Shown here one piece after another: positions 38,732-47,131 of a stretch of 56,282 bases of DNA. The number at the start of each line of letters is the position of its first letter. Positions within the stretch are counted from its first letter, which is position 1. Source of the stretch: Verrucomicrobiales bacterium (GTDB lineage: Bacteria; Verrucomicrobiota; Verrucomicrobiia; Methylacidiphilales; JAAUTS01); NCBI GenBank assembly GCA_031265365.1, contig JAISCS010000030.1, forward strand, positions 1-56,282, given 5' to 3'. A program made the position numbers and the translations under genes. The notes beneath the pieces are model-generated. The model saw only the letters and a program-made list of their open reading frames with translations, was not told the origin of the DNA and made no database searches.

Positions 38732-38809
38732 ACTCCGGTCACGAAGACGCGAAGGGGCAAAGATATTTTTAATAAAACTTCGTGTCTTTGCGTCTTCGTG
38801 ACCGGAGTT
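38731..38809. terminator. Family-B hairpin between convergent yjbQ and rlmH; probable bidirectional terminator
   Basis: aactccggtcacgaagacgcgaagg pairs with cgtgtctttgcgtcttcgtgaccggagtt around an AT-rich loop. Confidence 0.65.
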
Positions 38810-38810
38810 G

Positions 38811-39254
38811 TTATTCCCGATGATACGGCTCACCACGGCGGATGGTTTGGGCGCGGTAGAGTTGTTCGAGCAACACCGTCAGCGTCAACTCGTGTTGCAA
38901 CGTCAGCGGGCTAAACGACCAGAGCCAGTCGGCGCGCTCGCGCACCGCCGCCGCGTGACCGTCCGCACCGCCAATCAGGAAGGCGACGGTCTTGACGCCG
39001 GCGTGTTGTTCCCACTTTTCAAATCTCACCGCCAGCGTTTTCGACGCGACCAACTCGCCGCGCTCGTCCAGCGCCACGCGCAGACAACCGTCGCTGACCG
39101 TGAGCAACCGCCCGCCCTCCTGTTCCCGCGAGCCTTCCTTGACTTGCTTCCACTCGACGGGCAAATAACGCGCCAACCGCGACAAATACTCCGCCGCGCC
39201 GCGCTTGGCGTAATCGAGCTTGGGTTTGCCGACGCTGACGATGAGCAGTTTCAT
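38811..39254 (-). CDS. rlmH: 23S rRNA (pseudouridine1915-N3)-methyltransferase RlmH
   Basis: SPOUT family: MKLLIVSVGKPK...FLIGGADGH...LSFSPLTLQHEL. Confidence 0.88.
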   Translation of the reverse strand: MKLLIVSVGKPKLDYAKRGAAEYLSRLARYLPVEWKQVKEGSREQEGGRLLTVSDGCLRVALDERGELVASKTLAVRFEKWEQHAGVKTVAFLIGGADGHAAAVRERADWLWSFSPLTLQHELTLTVLLEQLYRAQTIRRGEPYHRE

Positions 39255-39262
39255 TTTATTTT

Positions 39263-39346
39263 AACTCCAGTCACGAAGGCACAAAGACGCGAAGATGTTT
39301 TAATCAAACTAAACTTTGTGTCTTCGCGTCTTTGTGACCTGAGTTT
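39263..39346. repeat. Family-B hairpin
   Basis: aactccagtcacgaaggcacaaagacgcgaag pairs with cttcgcgtctttgtgacctgagtt. It overlaps the last codons of the FMN reductase ORF. Confidence 0.7.
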
Positions 39347-39882
39347 AACCGCGCGGCGAAATCCGTGAAACCCTTGGCTTGCTCGGTCAACCGCTGCACG
39401 AGGTCCGCCGATTTGAGTCGACCGTCAGTGCCGATTTCCTGGAACACGCCGGGGATGAACACACGCGCCGGATAAATGAACGCGTTGCGGTAGCCAAAGA
39501 TTTGCTGCAAATGCTCCACCGGTCGCAGCGCCCCCCAAATGCCCGCTGACACTCCGACGAACGCGACCGGTTTACTCTCGAAACTTTCGGGAAATTTCAG
39601 CATATCAATAAAATATTTCAGCACGCCGGGGATGCCGCCGTTGTACTCCGGCGAGACAATAAGCAATCCGCTCGCGTCCAGCACACGCCCGCTGAGGGTG
39701 GCGAACACCGCCGGTTTCTCCGCATACGCTAACGGTGAAAAAATATCCGGCGGCAACTCCGCGAGGTCGAGGATTTGCGCGGACGTGCCCTGCTGTTTGA
39801 AAATCTCCAAAATTTGCGCCGCGACTTTTTTGCTGTTGCTGCCCGGACGATTGGTGCCGATGATGATTTCTATCATAAACAA
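39304..39882 (-). CDS. NAD(P)H-dependent FMN reductase family oxidoreductase
   Basis: IIIGTNRPGSNS...LLIVSPEYNGGIPGVLK. The C-terminal ~12 aa are encoded by the hairpin repeat, so the true end is uncertain. Confidence 0.8.
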   Translation of the reverse strand: MFMIEIIIGTNRPGSNSKKVAAQILEIFKQQGTSAQILDLAELPPDIFSPLAYAEKPAVFATLSGRVLDASGLLIVSPEYNGGIPGVLKYFIDMLKFPESFESKPVAFVGVSAGIWGALRPVEHLQQIFGYRNAFIYPARVFIPGVFQEIGTDGRLKSADLVQRLTEQAKGFTDFAARLNSGHKDAKTQSLV

Positions 39883-39884
39883 AG

Positions 39885-40109
39885 TTAATTTAGTACGGGA
39901 ACATTTTCGTCCTCGTATTTTTCAATCAAAACGCCGACCACTTCCATCAACGACGCCAATGGATGCTGTTCGTTCTCACCGATTTCATCAACCAGCCCGT
40001 CCAGCAAGTTGACCAGTCGGCGGTATTGCCGCTCCGAATGCGGCACGTATAGCGTATCGGCGACACCCGTCCAAGCGGTTTTGGTTTTTTCAATTTGCAG
40101 CGTAGTCAT
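39885..40109 (-). CDS. HigA-like antitoxin N-terminal fragment (no HTH domain)
   Basis: It lies downstream of higB. SERQYRRLVNLLDGLVDEIGENEQHPLASLMEVVGVLIEKYE parallels the N-terminal half of E. coli HigA (from memory). It ends 2 nt before the next gene. Confidence 0.5.
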   Translation of the reverse strand: MTTLQIEKTKTAWTGVADTLYVPHSERQYRRLVNLLDGLVDEIGENEQHPLASLMEVVGVLIEKYEDENVPVLN

Positions 40110-40112
40110 AAC

Positions 40113-40400
40113 TTACCTTTTCCAATTATCCTTGTCGTATTCCGCGTGGGTCAGTATAGCACGAATGTAAATCCGGCGTCTATGGTAATGAATGGCGGCA
40201 ATCAAACGGTATTTGTTGCCGCTGATGTTGAAGACGGTTTTATGGTCCACCTGGTCGGCATTGGGAAAGAAAATCCTGAGTTCGGCGAAAGAACGAAAAT
40301 CCCGATTTTTCACCAGGGCGTACCATTGCGCCAACGATGAGTGCGCGTCGGGGTGCCGTTCGACAAATTCATTCAATCGTTTGCGGGTAATGATACGCAT
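40113..40400 (-). CDS. higB: HigB-family mRNA interferase toxin
   Basis: MRIITRKRLNEFVERHPDA...VFNISGNKYRLIAAIHY...IYIRAILTHAEYD is colinear with E. coli HigB (from memory). Confidence 0.8.
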   Translation of the reverse strand: MRIITRKRLNEFVERHPDAHSSLAQWYALVKNRDFRSFAELRIFFPNADQVDHKTVFNISGNKYRLIAAIHYHRRRIYIRAILTHAEYDKDNWKR

Positions 40401-40405
40401 AAAAT

Positions 40406-42259
40406 TTACAATAACTCAGACAACTCCCTTACCCTCAGCGCGAATAAGTCCAGCGCGGCTTGCACGGGCGCTGAGGTTGACATGTCCACGCCCGCCAGCT
40501 TCAGCGTGTCGAGCGGGAATTTGCTGCCGCCGGATTTTAGGAAATTCATGTACGGTTCACGGTTGGCGGCAGGATTTTCCAGCACGCCCGCTGACAGTGC
40601 CAGCGCGGCGCTGATGCCGGTCGCGTATTTGTACACGTAAAACGCGCCGTAAAAATGCGGGATGCGGAGGCATTCCAATTCCAGCGCGTCGTCAATCACC
40701 AGCCCCGCGCCGTGGTATTCCTCCAGCAATTTGCGGTACACCGCGCGGAACGACTCCAGCGTCAGCGGCTCGCCCGCCTCGTCCATCTCGTGAATGATTT
40801 TTTCAAACTCCGCGAACATCGTCTGCCGGATGAGCGTCGCGCGAATGTCGTCAATCTGCCGGTTCAAAATGTACGCGCGCATGTCACGGTCAGCGGTCGT
40901 TTGCAACAGGTGATGCGTGAGCAATTCCTCGTTGAATGTCGAGGCGACTTCGGCGAGGAATATCGGATAATTGTAATCCTGAAATTTTTGCGCCCGCTGA
41001 CTGTGCCACGAGTGCATCGAGTGCCCCGCCTCGTGCGTCAGCGTGTAAATGTCGGAAAAAACATCGTCCTGATAATTCATCAAAATATACGGCGGGCTGG
41101 TGTAACTGCCGCTTGAAAACGCGCCGCTACGCTTGCCTTTCGTCTCGTAACGGTCGACCCAGCGGTTTGCGAAACCGTCGCGCAACGTGTTCACATAATC
41201 GTCGCCGAGCGGCGCCAGCGATGACAACACCAGCTCGCGCGCTTGGTCAAACGTCGTGCGGACGCTGACGCTGGCGGCGAGCGGAACATACGTGTCGTAA
41301 AAATGCAAGTCGGTCAACTTCAGCGTCCTTTTCCGCAGCTCGTAATACTCGCGCAACGCGCCGAGATTGTTCTTCACCGTGGCGATGAGATTGTCGTACA
41401 CTGTCAACGGGATGTTGTCGGCGAACAGCGCCGCCTCTCGCGCCGAGGCGTAATTGCGCGCCCGCGCGTTGAACACGCCGCGCTTGACCGCGTGCGCGAG
41501 GGTCGCCGACAGGGTGAACTTGTGCGCGTCAAACTCGGCGTAATATTGGTGAAAAGCATCGCGCCGCAACCTGGCGTCGCGCTTGACCAGGAACGACGAG
41601 AACGCGCCGTGCGACAGCTCAACGGCAGCGCCGCGCTCGTCCTTGATAACGCCGAAATTCATGTCCACGTTGGTGAGTTGCGAAAACGCCTCGCTCGCCC
41701 CGCCCAGCGGCAGCGCCGCCAGCGCCAACAGTCGCTCCTCTTGCGCCGACAAAATATACGGTTTGAACCGGCGCAACCGTTCGAGTTTGCCGTGCCACTC
41801 CGCCAGCAGCGGGTCGGCGAGAAAGTCCCCCCAAGCACCGTCAGCGATGGCTTGAATCTCCGGCGTGAGAAACGCCGCCGTCTCCGCCGCCAGTGTCATC
41901 AAGTACATGAACCGTCCCTCGCGCGCGAGGTTGGTGTTGTCGGAAGAATCCTCCGCCGACCGCAATCCGGCATAATGCCCCAGTTTCTCCGCCAGCAAAT
42001 CCATCTCGCGGTCAAATTCAAGACATGCCTTCAACCGCTCCGCTGACGCTGACAGCGTGCCCTTGAACTCCGCATAGCGCGGATAAAGTTTTTCATACTT
42101 GGCGAAATCCGCCTCCCAACCCGCGTCATCGGCGTACAAGTGGGACAAGTCCCAAGTGTCACCGGCAGCGACCTCTGAACGTTTCGGAATGGTTTTGGCG
42201 GGCGTCACCGTCTCATCGTCAGCGTGGTAGAACATGGGGAAAACATAACCGAAAAACAC
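40406..42259 (-). CDS. pepF: Oligoendopeptidase F (M3B family)
   Basis: Zinc motif HEAGHSMH with full-length family similarity. The start may be at 42235. Confidence 0.9.
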   Translation of the reverse strand: MFFGYVFPMFYHADDETVTPAKTIPKRSEVAAGDTWDLSHLYADDAGWEADFAKYEKLYPRYAEFKGTLSASAERLKACLEFDREMDLLAEKLGHYAGLRSAEDSSDNTNLAREGRFMYLMTLAAETAAFLTPEIQAIADGAWGDFLADPLLAEWHGKLERLRRFKPYILSAQEERLLALAALPLGGASEAFSQLTNVDMNFGVIKDERGAAVELSHGAFSSFLVKRDARLRRDAFHQYYAEFDAHKFTLSATLAHAVKRGVFNARARNYASAREAALFADNIPLTVYDNLIATVKNNLGALREYYELRKRTLKLTDLHFYDTYVPLAASVSVRTTFDQARELVLSSLAPLGDDYVNTLRDGFANRWVDRYETKGKRSGAFSSGSYTSPPYILMNYQDDVFSDIYTLTHEAGHSMHSWHSQRAQKFQDYNYPIFLAEVASTFNEELLTHHLLQTTADRDMRAYILNRQIDDIRATLIRQTMFAEFEKIIHEMDEAGEPLTLESFRAVYRKLLEEYHGAGLVIDDALELECLRIPHFYGAFYVYKYATGISAALALSAGVLENPAANREPYMNFLKSGGSKFPLDTLKLAGVDMSTSAPVQAALDLFALRVRELSELL

Positions 42260-42331
42260 GGTGCAGACAATCTTATCCGTGGGTAGTGCTTCAGTTTGCG
42301 TTAAAATATCAAACCGACGTACTACCTATCC

Positions 42332-42811
42332 GTGGTTAAACTTGCAAAAGCCGTTCAGTTTCGGCATTATAAAAACGTGGGACTCACGCACGCCAACATC
42401 ATTTTGGAAAATCCGAAAAGACCAGAGTTGAAGCCGGTCGAAACGACGGCGTTGGCGGACACTAGGTCATGGTACTTGTGCATCCCTGAGGTTGTCCAGA
42501 TGCAATTGCAACTTGAAGCGACCTCGCGGAAAACCGTCACCACCGCTGACGGCAAAAGAACCATTTGCCCCTACGTCGGCCCGCTGAGGGTGAAGTTTGA
42601 AAACCGCAAATGTTATGTCGGCGCGGTCGTGTTGGGGGATGAAGTGTTGTTAGGCACGGTGCCGATGGAGGATATGGATTTGGTGGTGTCGCCGCCGTTG
42701 CGCCGCGTGATGGTCAATCCGGCGCATCCAAATTTCTGCCATGCAAAAGCGAAAAAAATTCCTGATATTGGTAATTACCTCCACGGTTGCGTGTGCTTTC
42801 GTGCCCTTTAA
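42332..42811 (+). CDS. Retropepsin-like (clan AA) aspartic protease family protein
   Basis: ...ANIILENP...ALADTRSWYLCIPE...LLGTVPMEDMDLVVSP...NP pattern. The start may be the GTG at 42377. The last ~13 codons are encoded by a 39-bp direct repeat. Confidence 0.6.
   Translation: MVKLAKAVQFRHYKNVGLTHANIILENPKRPELKPVETTALADTRSWYLCIPEVVQMQLQLEATSRKTVTTADGKRTICPYVGPLRVKFENRKCYVGAVVLGDEVLLGTVPMEDMDLVVSPPLRRVMVNPAHPNFCHAKAKKIPDIGNYLHGCVCFRAL
42771..42809. repeat. 39-bp direct repeat, copy 1
   Basis: gtaattacctccacggttgcgtgtgctttcgtgcccttt is repeated at 43971-44009 with one mismatch, exactly 1200 bp away. Confidence 0.9.
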
Positions 42812-42829
42812 TGAGCTGGCACCTTTTTT

Positions 42830-43312
42830 ATGAGTGTACAAGATTACGAAAAAGCAAAAGAATTAATTAAAAATGCCGGAGAGGGAGATTTCTTTGGGCC
42901 AATCCCAGCATCTCTAATTCTCAAGGCTGAAACAGCACTTAGTGTCAAGTTCCCGCCGAGTTATCGTCGGTTTTTACTTGAGATGGGCTGCGGTAGCATC
43001 TATGGACTAGAGGTATTTGGATTAATTGATGATAATTTTGAAAAGTCTGCCGTACCCAATGGAATATGGCTGACACTGGATGAGAGGAAATCAATAAGCC
43101 TTAATCCAGCATATATAATTGTTGGTGCAAGTGGATATGGACCTTATTACGCACTTGACGTGAGGAAAATTGATGTTGCGGGTGAAAATCCTGTCATGAT
43201 GTTATCAATAGATGGAAAGCCAGTCGAACAGATAGCTGAAAGTTTCGGTTCTTATCTTCTGACTATAATATCTGAACAGCAATCAATAATCGAAAATGAA
43301 TCGCACCTGTAA
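42830..43312 (+). CDS. SMI1/KNR4 (SUKH-1) family immunity-type protein
   Basis: LSVKFPPSYRRFLLEMGCGSIYGLEVFGL... is the hallmark of the SUKH family. AT-rich. Confidence 0.8.
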   Translation: MSVQDYEKAKELIKNAGEGDFFGPIPASLILKAETALSVKFPPSYRRFLLEMGCGSIYGLEVFGLIDDNFEKSAVPNGIWLTLDERKSISLNPAYIIVGASGYGPYYALDVRKIDVAGENPVMMLSIDGKPVEQIAESFGSYLLTIISEQQSIIENESHL

Positions 43313-43413
43313 AAGACATCAGACCTCATTTGTTGATAAATTCTTTTAGCTTCTGGTTTATTTTTAATCGCATTATTGGGTTTTTGGGTTCTTACCCATT
43401 ATCAGTGAAATAG

Positions 43414-43562
43414 GCCCCGTCATGCTGAGCGAAGTTGCGCAGCAACGCAGTCGAAGCATCGGGTTGAGCGGGCGAAAGGCGCTGACCGTGGCGCTGGTGT
43501 GCGGTGGGACCAACCGATTCCTCGACTGTAACAACTGCGTTGTTACGCTCGGAATGACGGGG
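43414..43562. repeat. Family-C hairpin MITE-like element
   Basis: gccccgtcatgctgagcg ... cgctcggaatgacggggc. Related copies lie at 49691-49841 and 55555-55709 (cgtcatcctgagcg ... cgctcaggatgacgg). Confidence 0.75.
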
Positions 43563-43664
43563 CGTGTTTACTGACGGCATGATTATTCCACCGATAACGG
43601 CGAGGAACCTGATTTAACCAATCTTTGTGCTCTTGGCGTTCTTGGTGCCTTTGCGTTAAAAAAT

Positions 43665-43900
43665 GGTTCTATCCCGTGAACAGTGGAATGGCGGTGGCGT
43701 GTGGTAAGCGCAGCATAATTCCCCTTCCGTGAAGGGGTGGCGCGGCGCGACGGGGTAGTTTAGCGTTGGGACAGGCGCAAGACGAAAGCAGAAAGTTGAA
43801 AACAGAAATAATTTCAGCTTTCTGCTTTCGGCTTTCCCATTTCCTGTAACGCTGAACTACCCCGTCCGCTCCGCGGCCACCCCTTCACGGAAGGGGAATT
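43665..43900. repeat. Family-A MITE-like element with a nested small hairpin in its loop
   Basis: ggttctatcccgtgaacag terminus and long arms aattccccttccgtgaaggggtggcgcgg.../...ccgcggccaccccttcacggaaggggaatt. The centre, gaaagcagaaagttgaaaacagaaataatttcagctttctgctttc, recurs at 52819-52850. Confidence 0.8.
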
Positions 43901-43970
43901 CGCTGACGCAGGCAGCAGGGCCGGTGGGGATGGGCGGCGTCAGCGCTTCCACTGCTAACAGCGAGGAACC

Positions 43971-44009
43971 GTAATCACCTCCACGGTTGCGTGTGCTTTC
44001 GTGCCCTTT
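43971..44009. repeat. 39-bp direct repeat, copy 2
   Basis: gtaatcacctccacggttgcgtgtgctttcgtgcccttt; see 42771-42809. Confidence 0.9.
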
Positions 44010-44088
44010 TATCAGGAAATGGGATTGGTTTTTTACCCGTTAAAATATTCTTGATTGTGTTCTTAAATTTGAGAGCATACAAAAAAAC

Positions 44089-44544
44089 ATGCCGGAGATT
44101 TATCAAGAAAAAATGAAACTTGTTTTTACCCGGCTTAATTCCAACTGGAATGCGGAACCCAATAACCCAAACCCTCAGGCAGTATGGTTGGGGAAAGATT
44201 TAAGACTTCAATTTTATATGAATCCATTTCAATTCCCTCAATTCAAAAAAGGTGATATTGGCATCATCACATTTGCCGACTGTGCAAGATATCGGTTTGG
44301 CGAAATAAACGATGAAGGATGGTATCGCGGACAATGTAGATTTAGCCAGGTCATTCCATGGGGAGAGTTTTACGAAGTTTCAGGAAATCTAAAACTTGAT
44401 GAAATTCCGGATGATTGGATTACCAGAACCAAAGACCAATTCAAACGACGGCATTTTCTGTTTTATTTTCGAGATAATGAATTTGAGTGCGACACTATGG
44501 ATTGGAAGTTGGAAATACAAAAAGGGGTCAGGCTTCATTTTTGA
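44089..44544 (+). CDS. Hypothetical protein (possible orphan immunity-type protein)
   Basis: A clean 151-aa AT-rich ORF following the second direct repeat. I recognise no motif; the immunity call rests on context only. Confidence 0.5.
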   Translation: MPEIYQEKMKLVFTRLNSNWNAEPNNPNPQAVWLGKDLRLQFYMNPFQFPQFKKGDIGIITFADCARYRFGEINDEGWYRGQCRFSQVIPWGEFYEVSGNLKLDEIPDDWITRTKDQFKRRHFLFYFRDNEFECDTMDWKLEIQKGVRLHF

Positions 44545-44628
44545 CCAATTCTTTTTTGAGGTCTTTTCAATCCTGCTCATCTATCAATAAATGAAAAACT
44601 GCTTCCTTTTCCTGCCCCCTTTTTCGCA

Positions 44629-45048
44629 TCAATCCACCTTCTTTTTCAGAATGTAATGCTTTGCCAAATCGCCGGTGATGGGCTTGCCTTCAAGGTCAAG
44701 TTGCATCAATTGGTTCTCGCCGACTTGGTAGTGAGTCGGCGCGCCTTTGCGGTCCAGCATGATGACGCCACCGTCTTGGTCCCATTGAAATTTGCCCGCG
44801 TCGGTGAACACACCTTCTTTGCCGAGGTACTCGTGGGTCACGGTGTAGGTCTCGTCGGCGTTCAAGGTGAGTTGCACCTTGATGCCGGGGACGTCCGCAC
44901 CGGGGATGGTGCCGGTGTAAACCCCCGCCCAGTCGAGGCTGTTTCTGGAGTTGTGAGTGTCAGCCGCTGGCGCGGCAACATTCTGTTTGCAAGCGCTGAT
45001 GGTGACCACCGCGCAGACCGCGGCGAGGGAGAGGATGAATTTTTTCAT
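44629..45048 (-). CDS. NlpE N-terminal-domain (copper resistance/CutF-like) lipoprotein
   Basis: Lipobox VTISAC. NSLDWAGVYTGTIPGADVPGIKVQLTLNADETYT...YQVGENQLMQLD family pattern. Confidence 0.75.
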   Translation of the reverse strand: MKKFILSLAAVCAVVTISACKQNVAAPAADTHNSRNSLDWAGVYTGTIPGADVPGIKVQLTLNADETYTVTHEYLGKEGVFTDAGKFQWDQDGGVIMLDRKGAPTHYQVGENQLMQLDLEGKPITGDLAKHYILKKKVD

Positions 45049-45104
45049 AGGTAATTACAATACCACGGCAGGCGGGTTTTGCAAATTTTTGCACAGAGCC
45101 ATCG

Positions 45105-45599
45105 TCAACGGCTCTCCGGCAAACTCCACGGCGTCGGGCGCGGAATCCAGCGCGGGACGTTTTTCTTGTACAACGCGTAATCGTCGCCGAAACGTCGCCG
45201 CAAGGTTTTTTCCTCGACCAGCGGGAAGTAAATCACGTTGCCGAGCCAGAAGAGCAGGAACAAAACCGCCACCGCCCACGAGTTGAGCAACAGCGCCTCC
45301 GCGAGCAACATCACCAGCACGCTGGTAATCATCGGGTTTCTGACGTGGCGGTACGGACCGCGGACCACCAGCTTTTTCGGCGGGTTCCACGGCGCGGCGG
45401 TGCCTTGGCCGACGCGGTCGAACAGTCGCATCGTCCACGCGGCCAGTGACAAGCCCGCCGCCAGCAGCACGCCGCCGGTGACCGTCAGCGCGAGATGATT
45501 GACGTGAAAACGCCAGCCCGTGAGCCACAGCGTCAACGCGGGGATAATCACCAGCACGTTGAACGGCAACAGCAGGATGGTCTTAATCCAAGCGGACAT
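45105..45599 (-). CDS. Isoprenylcysteine carboxyl methyltransferase (ICMT/PEMT) family membrane protein
   Basis: RGPYRHVRNPMI...EEKTLRRRFGDDYALYKKNVPRWIP. Confidence 0.8.
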   Translation of the reverse strand: MSAWIKTILLLPFNVLVIIPALTLWLTGWRFHVNHLALTVTGGVLLAAGLSLAAWTMRLFDRVGQGTAAPWNPPKKLVVRGPYRHVRNPMITSVLVMLLAEALLLNSWAVAVLFLLFWLGNVIYFPLVEEKTLRRRFGDDYALYKKNVPRWIPRPTPWSLPESR

Positions 45600-45763
45600 G
45601 ATGGTGTTAAGTTAACGGCCCGCCGGTTCAAGTCCAGCGCAATGTGCCACACAGACAGGATGGTCTGTGCCACGTTGATGCTTTCCCTTAAATTTGGTTC
45701 CTCGCTGTTAGCAGTGGAAGCGTTGACGCCCCCCCCTCACCGCCCCGGCCTTCTGCGCCAGCA

Positions 45764-45937
45764 AATTCCCCTTCCGTGAAGGGGTGGCCGCGGAGCGGAC
45801 GGGGTAGTTCAGCGTTTACAGGAACCTCGCCCCAAACGCTGAACTACCCCGTCGCTCCGCGCCACCCCTTCACGGAATGGGAATTATGCTCCGCTTACCT
45901 CACGCCACTGCCATTCCTCTGATAACGGGATAGAACC
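45764..45937. repeat. Family-A MITE-like element
   Basis: Same arms as 65-186 (near identical), with tail ...ctgataacgggatagaacc. Confidence 0.8.
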
Positions 45938-46022
45938 TTGAATTTACGTTGTCACACAACCGGCGACAAGGCTGGACAAACAAAGGATTTTCAAAAAGTC
46001 AACTTCCAGCATCATTGACGGC

Positions 46023-46472
46023 ATGACTACAAAACGATTGCGTTCGCGCGGTTTCACTCTCGTGGAAGTGTTCCTTTCGCTGGGAGTGTTGACGACGGCG
46101 GCGGCGGGTTTGCTGGCGGCGCTGCCGGTGGCCCTCAAGAACGGCGCCGACGCCGCGCGCACCGGCACGGCGGGAATGATTGCCGAGTCCCTGTTGGCGG
46201 ATTTCAGCGCCTTCGGGAAGTTGCGGCTCGCCGCTGACGCTGACACGACCGAATTCCTCGCGCTCGACGACGACGGTAAAATTTTGCGCGCGGTCGGTGC
46301 GGACATTTTCGCCGTCGGTGACGCCACCGCCAGTTTTCTCGCGTCGCTCCGCCGCGAACCGGCGCGGTCCAGCCTGTTCGCGCTGACCGTCACGGTCGAG
46401 TGGCCCGCCGCCGCGCCCGCCAGTCACCGTCAGCGCCGGCATTTCGGCACCCTGCTCCCGCCATGTCCCTGA
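46023..46472 (+). CDS. Pseudopilin with prepilin-type N-terminal cleavage/methylation motif
   Basis: RSRGFTLVEVFLSLGVL (G|FTLxE). Confidence 0.8.
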   Translation: MTTKRLRSRGFTLVEVFLSLGVLTTAAAGLLAALPVALKNGADAARTGTAGMIAESLLADFSAFGKLRLAADADTTEFLALDDDGKILRAVGADIFAVGDATASFLASLRREPARSSLFALTVTVEWPAAAPASHRQRRHFGTLLPPCP

Positions 46473-47131
46473 AACACCCAGCCGCCGCCTTCACGTTGAC
46501 GGAACTACTCGCCAGCTGCGCCATTCTCTCCGTCATGCTGTTGGCCGGCGCCGGCTTGGTGCAATTCACGGCCCGCTCAGCCGCGCGCGCGCGACAACAC
46601 GCCGAGTTTCACCGCCAAGCCCGCGCCGCCATCCGCGTCTTGCGAAACGATTTTCGCCACGTCACCGTCAGCGGTGACACGCCGTTGTATCTCAACCCGC
46701 CGCCGGAGATTGCGGCAATGCCCGACCAAGCGCCCGCCGCCGACGGTGACACGGTGTTCTTTTTCACCAACCAGCCGCGCTTTGGCCGGAGCGAACTTTG
46801 CGCCGCTGGCTATTATCTCGACGCCGCCCGCCGACTGCGCCGTTATTTCAAGGATAGCGACGCGACCTGGCAAAGTGCCGGCACTGACAGCGGTTTCCTG
46901 CCGCACGCGCTCGACCCCGCCAGGCCGTTGTTTCCCATCGTCAGCGGCGCGGCGGAAAACGAGACGTTGCTGGTCAATGTCAGCGCCTTCCGCGTGCGCG
47001 CCCGGCGCACCGACACCTCGGTCATCACCGACTCGCCGCTGACCGAGCGGCCCGCTTTGCTGGAAATAACCTTCAAACCGCTGGAGCGCGACCTGACGCA
47101 TGAATTTACCATTTGCATCCCATGCCAGTAA
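46463..47131 (+). CDS. Pseudopilin (GspJ-like position)
   Basis: AAAFTLTELLASCAILSVMLL. The ATG at 46463 overlaps the upstream stop. Confidence 0.7.
   Translation: MSLKHPAAAFTLTELLASCAILSVMLLAGAGLVQFTARSAARARQHAEFHRQARAAIRVLRNDFRHVTVSGDTPLYLNPPPEIAAMPDQAPAADGDTVFFFTNQPRFGRSELCAAGYYLDAARRLRRYFKDSDATWQSAGTDSGFLPHALDPARPLFPIVSGAAENETLLVNVSAFRVRARRTDTSVITDSPLTERPALLEITFKPLERDLTHEFTICIPCQ

Noticed and set aside
42260-42331. Possible tRNA or small RNA in the pepF/protease intergenic region
   Set aside because: It is about 72 nt, but I could find no cloverleaf pairing or conserved T-loop (GTTCRANNC). There is only a short direct repeat, tatccgtgg.
43400-43905. Possible CRISPR array, because of dense repeats (also at 52800-53120)
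   Set aside because: The repeats are long inverted repeats of different families, not short direct repeats with uniform unique spacers. No cas genes are present.
42771-44009. Integron-like attC/cassette structure
   Set aside because: There is no integrase gene and no attC-like imperfect palindrome with R'/R'' boxes. The repeats are simple 39-bp direct repeats, so I report them only as a cassette-like duplication.
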